DNA of 64,000 nt. Source: Eledone cirrhosa (lineage: Eukaryota). Location of the stretch: positions 287,494,001 to 287,558,000 of the forward strand of contig OZ024743.1 of assembly GCA_964016885.1 (NCBI GenBank), given 5' to 3'. Shown piece after piece: positions 12,280-25,206 of this stretch (positions within the stretch are counted from its first letter, which is position 1; the number at the start of each line of letters is the position of its first letter). The position numbers and the translations under genes are program-made. The notes below the pieces were generated by a model. The model worked only from the letters and a program-made list of their open reading frames with translations. It did no database searches and was not told where the DNA came from.

Positions 12280-14115
12280 AAGTACCAGCAAGGATTTTCA
12301 CTGCTCTTCTTACTCATATGTGCATTGAAATCACCCAGAACAAGCAGGATTTGTCAGCTCGTGTGGTGTTGACAGCTCTACACACTTCCTCTGCAATCAC
12401 ATCAATATCCTCCTCAGTGTGTGCAGCCAAAGAACACCTGAGACCTACCAAGGACCAATTCCATGCTGATCCAACAGAGGAGAGGAAGAAGAATGTGGAG
12501 GTGAGGAAAGAAAAACTGTGCCGCTTATACTGAGGCCAGAGAGGAGGTGCTGATGGAGAAGATCAAGAGTGTAGAGAGAGTAGTTAACAGGTGTACGTGT
12601 AAAGAGAGCTGAACGATCATCAACGAGATCACAGAGAGAAAGCGAGACAATTCAAGTCAGATCCGGGAAACAGGACCTGAGGATAGGAAGAGGAAGTGGC
12701 TGGACCATTTTAAGACCCTACTAGGAGAGCCGCCTTCCACAGCCCAGAACACCTGGGAGATCAGACAGCTGTTTGAGGAACTGGATATTGTGACAGGACC
12801 CTTCACCAGAGAGGAGCTTCAGAGAGCCGAGGAGAAGATCAAGGAGGGTAAGGCCCATGGAGAAGATGGAATGGCATCAGAGGTGATGAAGAGGTGTGAT
12901 TTTAATGATATCATCCTGGAGTTCTGTAACCAGGCACTGGAGAAAGGAGTTACCTCGGGTCAGTGGAGGATCAGTAATATCATCCCAGAATTGATTCAGA
13001 GAGAGATCAACCACCAGTCACATCCTGATGCTGAGGAGAATTTTAGAGGGAGCTAGAGCAAAGAGCCTTCCGGTTGTTATGGTTTTCATTGACTTCAGGA
13101 AAGCCTTTGATTCTGTGGACCGAGACTGCCTGATAAAGATCTTACAGGTTTATGGAACCCCCAAGAAGACTGCACCTGATATCACTACTCTACACCAACA
13201 CCAGAGCCCAAGTCATTACACCTGGTAGAGTGAAGGAGTTCACCGAGATACTGGCTGGAGTGCTCCAGGGCGATACATTGCTCCCTACCTTTTCATCATC
13301 GTAGTGGACTATTGTATGCGCCTTGCACTGGAGAAATACCAGAACTCGAACTTCACTGAAACACCGGCTCAGAGCAGGAGAGTTAAGGCTAAACAGATAT
13401 CACATGCTGAATGTGCTGACGACATAGTTCTGGTGACAAACACAATAAAGGAGGCAGAGGAGTTGATGCGAGAGGTGGTAACTGTTTGATGAGTGTGGGG
13501 CCGAGAATGAATGGGAGTAAGACGAAGTATCTGGTAGAGAACATCAAGGAGCCAGAGAAGATTATGAATGTGGGCCAGAAGCCGCTAGAGCTGACTGAGG
13601 ACTTCCTGTATCTGGGAACAAAGATTGGGAACACATAAGATGATGTGGCGGAGAGGAAGAGCAAACCTGGACGTTTGAGGTCGGTGTGGAAGTCGGACAT
13701 ACGTAAAGACCTGAAGATCCGTCTCTTCGTCGCTATAGTGGAGTCTGTGCTACTGTACGAGTCTGAGACTTGGGCACTGACAAAGAGATTCATTCAGATG
13801 GTGGATGGGTGCTATACGAGGATGCTGAGAATGCCTCTGAACATTAATCAGTATGCACTGAGAATGAATAACTCAGAACTGTACGGGAGCCTCCCAAAAG
13901 TCAGTTCGAAATCGACACAAAGGAGACTGAGGTTAACTGAACATGCTCACTAGCACTCAGAATTGATACACTGGAAGAGGGAGACCGAGAAAGGTATATG
14001 TTGATGCCCTAAGGAGAGATACTGGTCTCTGGGAGACGCCGGACATAGTGGCGATGATGAAGAACAGAGACCGCTGGAGAGAACTCGTCCATGGATCTCA
14101 GGAATTTTACCCACT
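12280..14115 (+). pseudogene. Degenerate RTE-like LINE RT (many stops and frameshifts)
   Basis: GPFTREEL..KEGKAHGEDG, FIDFRKAFDSVDR, GVLQGDTL, ECADDIVL, VESVLLYESETW, RRLRL motifs occur in order. Confidence 0.85.
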
Positions 14116-14214
14116 TTCCCTCTCTCTCCCCCCCTCTCTCTAAGCGCTTTTGACACTTCGCGACGCGGTTGGGATTTTACATATCTCTCTACTCACTCTG
14201 CATCTCTCCATACA

Positions 14215-14828
14215 TTGAGTGCACCCATGATTAATGGTCACCCTTTTTTAGGTATCGAAAAATAAGATTTTTGGCTCTAGCTCCCACATTTTGCCACCGA
14301 TTTCGTTCAAATTTTAAAGCAAAATAGAATTCATCATTGCACATCCTGTAATTGCTTTATATTTTGCATTTGTTGTTCAGGGACGGCGTGCCAGCCGCTT
14401 AAATATTCAAAAATACCACTTTTAGACTCAAATTTCCACTTTTTCGGCTCTAGCTCCCACACTAATCAACCTACTAGATCTGATTATTTCACGTCTTAAA
14501 GTGGCTTTATATTTTGGATTTTTTGTTCAGGAACGGCGTGGCAGCCGCTTAAATATTCGAAAATACCACCTTTTCGCTCAAATTTCCGCCTTTTCGGCTC
14601 TAGCTCCCACACTTTTCAACCGATTTCGTTCAAATTCGTAGCTCCCTCCCCCAGCATGTCCCCTCGTCAGTCACCCGCGTTTCTCAGTGATAGAGGTTAT
14701 CACCACCCTCCCCACATGGCCTGTGTGTGGCCATAGATGAGTCATCGAGAAGCAGTCGCTCAGATCAACACCTTTTCATCAAAGCAGATATTATTTTACC
14801 TACCCAGGCAACGCTGTATATATGCTAG
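14215..14828 (+). mobile_element. Non-autonomous Helitron-like element with three ~150-bp degenerate internal repeats
   Basis: GGCTCTAGCTCCCACA occurs three times; 3' end CCCAGGCAACGCTG..GCTAG|T. A similar end lies on the - strand at 33893-33922. Confidence 0.55.
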
Positions 14829-14852
14829 TATATATATCTATATATCATAAAG

Positions 14853-15020
14853 AGTAGGGACCGACGGCTGAGGAATTGCCATTTCATCAGCTAGTTCCAG
14901 ACTGGAACTAGCTGTTGAAACGGCACGAACTCAGCCCTCGGGTCTTGACTCTTAATAATATAACCACACTCTACTACCCCAAGTATCGAGTACTCTGTTG
15001 AGTTATGGTCTAACTAGTTT

Positions 15021-15022
<2 letters not shown>
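14853..15022 (+). repeat. Short hairpin (GACGGCTGAG...CTCAGCCGTC) element family; other copies at 661-722, 42563-42690, 57330-57405
   Basis: Shared inverted arms with a variable palindromic centre. Two copies share a downstream CTCTACTAC..ATCGAGTA..GAGT motif. Confidence 0.7.
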
Positions 15023-15064
<42 letters not shown>

Positions 15065-15683
15065 TGAGAAATGGTGTGCAGCTGTAAACGCCTTAAACTG
15101 AATCAGTCTCTAACTAACGATTAAGAAAAAAAAAAAAATTGTTTACATTGAAAAAAATATATATTTTTAGATACCGAATCTCAGCTGCTCAAAATATAAA
15201 AATCTACAGTCTGAGTTAAAAAAGTATAATAAAAAAGTGGTTAACAAAATATTTACAAAACACTTTTTCTTGAAGAACTATGCTATAAAATAATTCATGG
15301 TGCATTTAAAAGATCCAAATTTCAACTATAACTATACAAGTTACCTCCCTTAATTTAAGGGGGAATAACTTATCATAATCTGGTCAGAAGTTGCTAGCCC
15401 TCTATTGCATGTTCAGTCTGTCGCCTCTCCGTTCGCTTGTCCACCTGTCTATATATTTGTCTGTCTGTCTTTTTGTCTGCCCGTCTGTCTGTAAGTTTGG
15501 TGAATTGGTGTAATTGTTATATTCTGAGTTCAAATCGCGCCGTGACCTACTTGAATGGTAGGCTTAAGTCGTTGCCTTGTTTAACACCATCTGGACATGA
15601 TAGTAAACACTCTGGTTAGGTCTCCCTAATACTAGCGTCAGAGGCACCAAAAATGGTTCAACAATAACAGAAAAGTGTTGTTT

Positions 15684-15746
<63 letters not shown>

Positions 15747-15989
15747 CTAAACAGCAACCCTAAAAGGAAGCTTTTTGACAAATTTCTAAGAGGGGGGAAG
15801 AGAGGAGAGGTGAGAAGAAGTGGAGAAGAGGAGGGGAGAAGAGGAGGAGGAAGAGAAGGAGAGGGGGAAGGAGAGGGGAAAGAAAGAAGGGAGAGCAAGG
15901 CAGAATGGTCCAACTAATGTTTTAATGTACTATACTGCAAGTAACTTTCACTGATGACCAGGCAACGAATCCGAGTATTTTCTATGTTA

Positions 15990-16171
<182 letters not shown>

Positions 16172-16694
16172 CCCCTCTCTCTCTCTCTCTTTCTCTCTCT
16201 CTATCTATCTATTTATATATCTATTTGTCTATCTGCCTGTCTGTTTCTGTCACACTCCCCTCTTTCTCTATTTATCCATCCAGCCATCCAGCCACCCACG
16301 GACCAAATGCTTGCAACAGAATGAACTTCGCTAAAAGCACCCAAGGAGCAGGTGGTGGTGATAAACACGGACAACAGATTAAGTCTATCAGCCAAATAGG
16401 CCATATAACGAAAAGAGCCGGAACAAATACCGCAAAGCATCTCGTTCGGCGCTCTAACAATTTTGCTAGTTCTCCGTCTATGACTGAAATTTTATTTTAT
16501 CCATCCCGAAAGGTTGAAAGTCAAAGTTGACCTTAGCGTGATTTGAACTGAGAACTCGGAGAGCCGGGAATTATATATTTTGTCCAACGACTAGTTTTAC
16601 CTACCTACCTAGCTAACTAGCTATCTACCTACCTATCTGCCTACCTACCTATCTACCTGTCTAACCATCCTCGTACCTACCTACATACATACAA

Positions 16695-17092
16695 TTAACC
16701 ATCTTGTCAACAACAACCTTGAGCACTTTTTTGATTTCCATGTGTCTAACACACGTGGGCATGCCTACAATGTCAGAAAACAGTACAGTTCCCATGACTT
16801 TCGGAAACATTTTTTTCACGCTCAGAGTAGCTGAAGTATGGAACAAACTACCTGCATCAGTTGTTAGCTGCCGAGACACTGCATATTTTAAAACCTCCAT
16901 GCTTCCTGAAATTCGCCAACATTATATCACCTGATGTACCCCCCCCCCCCCTCACACACATGTATTTCATGACTCGTACACTGTTCATTTTCCTGACATT
17001 TGTACATTATTCTATGTACTATACATGCACCTTTGATGAGCTGTAGTGCACCTGAGCACTGTGCACAATAATCTAATTATTATTATTATTAT
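16695..17092 (+). mobile_element. CR1-clade LINE 3' fragment with (ATT)n tail
   Basis: NTRGHAYNVRK and FFTLRVAEVWNKLPASVV motifs, characteristic of the CR1 ORF2 C-terminus. Confidence 0.8.
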
Positions 17093-17094
17093 AC

Positions 17095-17505
17095 ATGATG
17101 GCTGCAACTCGATTTCGAGTAACGCAAACGCTTGATACTTATACATGAGCATCTCGGACGTGGCTGTTGAGTCCTGTGGCCGACTGTATCATGCATCGCA
17201 AAAAATGTCACATATCAAGCGATGCCTGTGCTTGAAGCTTTTTTAAGTGAGGAAAGGCTTTGCACGGCGCCAGTCCCACGCTCTGAACATCGAATGCATT
17301 TATCCAAAAAGTAGAACTGGTCTACATCATTCGATGCAAACGAAGTCGCAGGTTTTATATCAGAGTAACCTTCTCCTTGAGATATGTCTTAATGAAAACT
17401 AGTAGTCTCTCGCTCCACAAATATAAAAGAAAATTCTAATTGGATGGCCGTTGACTCCCCTGATTTCCCCCGCCCATTGAAGGGTCTTGTTTTTCATCTC
17501 GCAGG
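17095..17505 (+). repeat. Dispersed ~400-bp non-coding repeat (second copy about 19160-19550, partial about 19710-19860)
   Basis: GGCTGCAAC.CGATTTCGAGTAA..GCTTGATA..TATCAAGCGAT..CGAAGTCGCAGG..GGATGGCCGTTGACTC is shared. Confidence 0.75.
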
Positions 17506-17509
17506 GTGT

Positions 17510-18510
17510 CCAAAGTAACTCAAGATAACATCATATCCCTCCAACAACATCTACGAATAACCAAGGAGCCCATCTATTGAGCAAGCCTGTCTATATGAGA
17601 CAGATAAGATCATGAGAGTTGGGAAGGAACTCCTTGAAAAATACTCTACTTCCTACATAATATTAAAAAACTCACACCCAGGGAAATCGCCCAGCAGTAC
17701 TGCAGTGAATCCAAGGATGAAAAACTGCATGCTTATCAGCAAAAAATCATGCATGGATATGTTGTCAGGAGGCTTTATGTGAGAGTAATATAGATAAGGG
17801 AAGTAGTCTATCTTGGACCAACAACCGCTATATTGGTTCTCACTTTGCTTTTGCAATCCAAGAACAGGAAATCATTACAAAATACCTGATTCACAAAAGA
17901 GATAGGGATGCAGGCAAAACATCTAAATGTGACAACAAATGCAGACTGCAGAATTTTTATTGAAGATGTCACTGATGTCATAAGCGGCTGTCAAAATATG
18001 TCATCACGGTACTATTTACTTATGAGGCATGATGTAGTGGCCAAAACACTATACAATGCAATCCGTAGAAAAAATAGCCCGACAATAAACATCGAAAGTT
18101 ACAGCAATGTGGAAGACATATACATAACATGAAAGCGTACTGGTTGAATGTTCCAGTCAATAAAATGCAAGCACAACAGACCCGATATAATGATATGGGA
18201 CAGGGAAAAGAAGACATGCACAGTAGTGGAATTCAGCTGCCCAGCAGATGCTAATATAATATTAAAGATTAGCGAAAAGGAGAATATCTATGCAGAACTA
18301 ATGAGAAATCTGCAGATACTCCACCCTAACTATACCTTCAGATTTGTACCTGTGATTATTGGGTATGTTACTAACTGCCCCAGTACAAATCTTGAGAAGC
18401 TGGGCTTCACAGAACCAGAAAGACCACGACTAGTTAGAAAGTTACAAGTATAATCCATTAACGGAACTGTAAAAATATGTAAAACATTCCAAAAGTTCTG
18501 TATCTAATAA
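17510..18510 (+). pseudogene. R4/Dong-like non-LTR element 3' fragment (CCHC remnant plus restriction-like endonuclease)
   Basis: AIQEQEIITKY, ISGC..YYLLMRHDVVAK, HNRPDIMIWDREKKTCTVVEFSCP..KENIY (PD-(D/E)xK RLE). Confidence 0.8.
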
Positions 18511-18583
18511 CTTCATATACACATCTACAGATACTAAACATATACACATGCACACATACACAATATACTAACATCCATATCTG

Positions 18584-18691
<108 letters not shown>

Positions 18692-21463
18692 TGCATACAT
18701 GCAGATATGCATACATATTTACTTAGTTGATGTAGTCTAAATTCCAATGAAAGAGTCGTGTGCCTATGTTAGAAACCGACTTTCTCTCTATTGGTAAACA
18801 TTTGTAAAATAATTGTTTCTACTTTTGGCACAAGGCCAACAATTAGCACAGTACATTACTGGTACTTTATTTTATTGACCCCGTAAGGATGAAAGGCAAA
18901 GTTAACCTTGGCGGGATTTGAACTCAGAATGTCAAGGGCCGTAACTCTATGCGTCAAAGCATGGCGTCCGACTCTCTACCGATACTGCCAATCCACCACA
19001 CTTTGTAAAATAATGAAACCAGAAGAACATGCAATCATACATACATCCATACATACATATACACATGCGTACATAAAAACACACGCATTCATACATACAC
19101 ACATACACATATATACACGCATATACATATATAGATACATGCAAACGTACATACGGAAATGAAGGCTGCAACGCGATTTCGAGTAATGCCATTGCTTGAT
19201 ATTGAAGCATGACGGACGTGGCTTCCTAGTCTTGCTAAGGGACCCGCCTATGGCCAGTAATGTCATCCCCCCCCCCCCCCCCCCAAAAAAAAAGTGTCGT
19301 ATATCAAGCGATATTTAAGTGAGTCACTCTCTGAACATCGAATGCATTTACCCCAATTGGATGTAAACGAAGTCGCAGGTTCCATATCAAGGTGACCTTC
19401 TTGAGAAATGTCTAAATGAAGTCTAGGAGTCTACTTTAATTAAGACTAGGAATCTCTCGCTCAAAAACATTTTTTATTGGATGGCCGTTGACTCTCTTGA
19501 GTTCTTCCGCCTTTTGACGGGTTTTGTTTTTCATCCCGCCGGGCGTCTAAAATACCCCTCCTCACCAAGCAAGCTTGTTGGAGCTGCCGGCTTAGTCACC
19601 GACGACCCGACCATGCGCAGGTGGTACTGGGTTACATATATACATACACACATACAGACATGATGATTGCTGCACGATATACCATTATTAATAATTATTA
19701 ATTAATTCTACCGTGCAATGCCTGTGCGTGAAGATTTTTTTTAAAGTGAGGAAAGACTGTGCACTGAGCCAATCCCACTCTCTGAGCGACAGTAGCTATA
19801 ACCCCAAAAGAAGAAAAGATCAACATCATCGGTAACTACTGAGCTGCAGGTTTTATGTCGGAGTTATCCCAGTTTCCTGAGTTGTCTTCTCCTAGAAGAA
19901 TGCCCTGACAAAGGCTAGGGGGTCTTTCACTCCCAGTGGTTTAACCGCGCGATCGGGTATCCAGCCCGACTATTTTTATGTCCCTGCGCAACATACATAC
20001 ACATATACATACACACATACATACTGTCTTACTAAGGATCGAAACCAGGTCTCTATTGTTCATTAAGAGCTTGCGTATCTCTTGCACTGAGTCGTACACG
20101 TATTCATCAGCTTAGTAGTAGCATTGAAGTTTTGATCTTTGGCTTAATCTCAACACAAACCTCTCGCGCTACCGACACATTTGTTAAAAACAAACGAAAT
20201 CTATCTGTATTTTGACGCCATATTTCATATTTTAGGAGCAGAGGAAAAGAATAAGAGAATATGACAAATCCATCGATTTTATTCAGACAAACATTGCTTT
20301 CTTTAATCATTTCATCACCGCCATTTTCAAAACTAATTCCCTGAAATTTATATTTGACATATATGTTTACGTGTATGACTATAAATACACATACACACAC
20401 GTACACACACACCCACACACATACATACACACACATACATGCGCACATACATACATATTTAAAAACATACATAGATACACGCACATACATACATATATAG
20501 ATATATAAATACATACATACATATATGCATCTATACACATATATGCCTACACACACACATACATTTATACATATATACACACATACACACATACATACAT
20601 ACATATATAAATACATACATCTATACATATATGCATCTATACACATATATTCATACATACATACATTCATTTATACATACATACATACATGCATACATGC
20701 ACACACATACTTACAACGTCCCTTTACGATCTGAGTTCAAATCCCGCCGAGGTTGACTTTGCCTTTCATCCTTACGGGGTCGATAAAATAAAGTACCAGT
20801 AATGCACTGGGTAATTGCTGGCCTTGTGCCTAAAGTAGAAACAATTATTACATATATACATATATACATACATACACGTATGTGTGTGTGTGTGTATATG
20901 TGTGTATGTGCGTGTGTGCATGCACTTCTATATGATGTTGTAAGCGACACCTAGGACATATACACTCCCCACTCTCTCTGTATCTGTCTGTCTTTCTGTC
21001 ACATAAAATATACTCAAGAACGACCAACACATACACAAAACATGTGTAGACATGTGTTAAACAATATCTCATGATATCAACACATGCACACCCCCACACA
21101 CAAATACACGCACGATCATACAAACACACGTACAAACATATATGCATGCACACAGTTTATACACACTAAAAGTACACAAACTACATTCACATCATAAGCA
21201 TACACTTGACATGTACATGGGCATCCCCTCCCATACAAACTATATATATAAACACACAGAGACAAACACACACATATAAATATTTGTATTAACAGTTTGC
21301 CTTAACTCCTCACTTCCACTAGTTTCAAGACGAAAGCCCGTCTAAATATCATTAAGTGCATTTGAGAAAAGTAAAATAAGATGAAGAATTGAGTTTGAGC
21401 CCTCGCTGTTAAGGACCTCCTCCACTCTATTGGTACGAATATATTACACACCCACACACATGC

Positions 21464-21532
<69 letters not shown>

Positions 21533-21539
<7 letters not shown>

Positions 21540-22248
21540 GAGAAGAAAGAATACTGCGTGGTTGCACATGGGTTACATATGATAAAAATAGTCCCTCATC
21601 AGTGATTTCCCAACCTTCATTGGTATTTCATCGCTTTAAAAATCATATACCTCCAGTTGGTGCGAGCAATAGCTAAATAAAGCTATTGGGACAAGTAAAT
21701 CGCGTAAAGCGAGCGAGACAAGTAAACAAACATAGCAGGATAGCAACGCAAAGATAGGAAAAAACAAGCGCATGGGAGTCCGATCAGCTTTAGCTGTGTG
21801 GATTTCATGAGCGAGAGACAGCAGACCGTCCGACGCGAGTGAGGTGTGATCAAGAAAGGACCCTACTTCAGGCCAAAACGGGAGGAAGTGAGAAGGAGAG
21901 AAGCAGAGAGTGAGTGAGTGGAAGTGCGAGGAAGAGGCCAGTCGAGAGAAAGTGTAACTGACAGAGGGGGCGAAAGAAGGTGAGAGAAACAGAGAGAGGG
22001 GGGAAGCAGTAAGAGAGAAACAGACAAACGCAGCTGGGGAAAATATATATAAAAAACATGTGAAGAAAGAATACTGCGTGGTTGCACATATGATAAAAAT
22101 AGTCCTTCATCAGTGATTTTCCAACCTTCATTGGTATTTCTTCGCTTTAAAAATCATATACCTCCAGTTGGTGCGAGCAATAGCTAAATAAAGCTATTGG
22201 GACAAGTAAATCGCGTAAAGCGAGCGAGACAAGTAAACAAACATAGAA

Positions 22249-22253
<5 letters not shown>
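21533..22253. mobile_element. Non-coding partial-tandem element: ~520-bp monomer with ~200-bp terminal direct repeat, between (TA)n tracts
   Basis: 21533-21742 is nearly identical to 22053-22253. Confidence 0.8.
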
Positions 22254-22321
<68 letters not shown>

Positions 22322-22837
22322 AAAGAATAGAGGTGTAACACACAAGTTATTATATATTGGTAAACGGAATAGAAAATGCTGACAAATTGTTCACAGTTGA
22401 AAAATGGTTTAATTAGGAATAAAAGAGTATTAGTGATTGTATGGGTTAGTATTCAGTTGTGGTTTTAAGTTTTTAAGTTTTTACCGGTTGCGCATTTCTA
22501 AATGCTTTTCAAAAATAATTTTGAGATAGAGTGTCCGTGCTGTTTGCTCTGATCTGATTAGTTTTGGGAATTCTACCTGTTTTTATGTTAAAAAAATGGC
22601 TCCAGCGTTATTTTTGTGTTGCAAAAATGCTTGTGGTCAAAACAATTTTGATTGGTCGGTAGAGGTCATGTGAATGTAAAAAGTTGATTTTGCGCCAAGA
22701 CTGTTTTTATGTTAAAATGTTAGAAAAGTGGCTCCAGCAAAAATTATTGGTCAAAACAATTTTGATTGGTCGGTAGAGGTCATGTGGATAAAAAATTGGT
22801 TTTGCGCCAAGATTGAGAAATGACTCTTTCACAACAA

Positions 22838-22887
<50 letters not shown>

Positions 22888-23140
22888 TAGTAGTAGTAGT
22901 AGTAAGGTGTTCGATGCTGCGACAATAGCCACCAGCGATGTGTGTCAAATGGCTATTAAGATAAGTGTGTGTGTGTGTGTGTGTGTATGTGTGTGTGTGT
23001 GCGTACATACACACAGCAGAGTCATTCGAAGGTCAAAAGATATTTTTCAGCTTTTGTCTTATACGGAGAAGTGCGTGTGTGTGTGTGTGTGTGTGTATAA
23101 GTCTCTTTGTATGTTGATGTACGCGTGTGTATGTGTTTGT

Positions 23141-23182
<42 letters not shown>

Positions 23183-23251
23183 ATCTTAATAGCCATTTGA
23201 CACACATCGCTGGTGGCTATTGTCGCAGCATCGAACACCTTACTACTACTA

Positions 23252-23313
<62 letters not shown>

Positions 23314-23861
23314 TTGTTGTGAAAGAGTCATTTCTCAATCTTGGCGCAAAACCAATTTTTTATCCACATGACCTCTACCGACCAATCAAAATTGTTTTGA
23401 CCAATAATTTTTGCTGGAGCCACTTTTCTAACATTTTAACATAAAAACAGTCTTGGCGCAAAATCAACTTTTTACATTCACATGACCTCTACCGACCAAT
23501 CAAAATTGTTTTGACCACAAGCATTTTTGCAACACAAAAATAACGCTGGAGCCATTTTTTTAACATAAAAACAGGTAGAATTCCCAAAACTAATCAGATC
23601 AGAGCAAACAGCACGGACACTCTATCTCAAAATTATTTTTGAAAAGCATTTAGAAATGCGCAACCGGTAAAAACTTAAAAACTTAAAACCACAACTGAAT
23701 ACTAACCCATACAATCACTAATACTCTTTTATTCCTAATTAAACCATTTTTCAACTGTGAACAATTTGTCAGCATTTTCTATTCCGTTTACCAATATATA
23801 ATAACTTGTGTGTTACACCTCTATTCTTTTAACTATCATATCCTCACACGAGATACAGAAA

Positions 23862-25171
23862 ATGCCAACAAAAACGGATACAACCCTCATCAACTCAAAT
23901 GAAGAGATCCTACAGGAACTCAAGAAAATCAACACCAACCTATCTTTGCTGGTCGACAAACTTGACTCCACAAATAAGGAAACCGCCACCGGATACAAAC
24001 CCTCCGAAATCGGCGACAAACTCCAAAACCTTTGCGATACTATCCAAACTATGTTCACTACTACCAACCCAGGAAAAACCAACGAAGAACCATGTGAGAT
24101 TGATTCACACAAAATGAAAATTCGAACAATTCCAAAATGGAACAAATCCCTCAGAGACAGAAAGTTCTCATTCTGGAAGATGATACAAAATCACAACAAA
24201 GCAGAGATATATGAAAAATGGCTTAACTCAACCCCTCTAACTCTCCCCCGTAAACTACAAATAAAGTCCATTCCAAATGAACCCGAACCTCAAAGACACC
24301 TTAGGGAAAGAATGGCATTGGAAAAAATGAAGACAGAAATTGAACTTCTTAAACTGAGGGCCCAGACAAATGAGGAAAAAATCAAAACCATCGATGAAGA
24401 GATCCTCCTGGAAATCAACAACAAAACTGAAGGCCCCAAGGTAGAGAAGATCTCCAAATTATGGAAAGGGGACTGCAACAGAGAAGAACTGAAATCCCTT
24501 CAACGCTGGGAAAAAAGTGCCGCTTGGTTCCTACACTATGAATCGACTTTTCAACGGATTACACCTCCAATAACCCGTTCATAAAAATAGGAAAACCCAT
24601 AACTGAACCGCACAACAACTTCTCAAACCCCCAAGCCTCAAACAAACGAAGAAGGAAGCACCACACCGAAGATGAACTTCCCAACCTCGCTACCATAAGA
24701 AGGAACAAAAACCCAAGAAATCATCTCCCCCAGAATGACATTTACAACTTTCCCCCTTCAAGGAGACACCATACCAAATCACTCAACTACTACGCGGATT
24801 CCTCATCGTCAAACATAGGGAAAAGATACCACCGCCATGATAGATGCAACAACTTCCCCGCCTCAAGGGGACAGCAAGGTAATTACCATTTTCTCAACTC
24901 TCACTTCCACAATACACAACAAACCCACACCACACGATACAACCAACAACGTAGGCCACTTATAACACCACAATACAACATGGCACATAGAAACACACAC
25001 CCATACTCGCAGTACAGGAACACCCCATTCAATCTACAACCACCAACCCGAACCACATTTTACAACAACAAGGAATATAACAAACACAGGAGACCACTTA
25101 ACATCAGCAGACAACCCCTCTACCACAACCATTTTTTAGACACAGCACACAGATACAGGCAAACAAAATAA
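23862..25171 (+). CDS. PLE ORF1: coiled-coil-like N-half plus His/Asn/Arg-rich low-complexity C-half, about 436 aa, with one frame break at about 24542-24581
   Basis: The 258-aa ORF (heptad-like MALEKMKTEIELLKLRAQTNEEKIKTIDEE) continues stop-free in the -1 frame from 24542 through track ORF 24980-25171. Confidence 0.7.
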
Positions 25172-25206
25172 CACAAGACAGGGAGGAGAAACTGATAGTA
25201 ATAAAA

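Noticed and set aside
23366-23520. SECIS-like ATGA..AA..GA in the duplicated pLTR module
   Set aside because: Helix II does not pair, and the RT ORF has no in-frame TGA.
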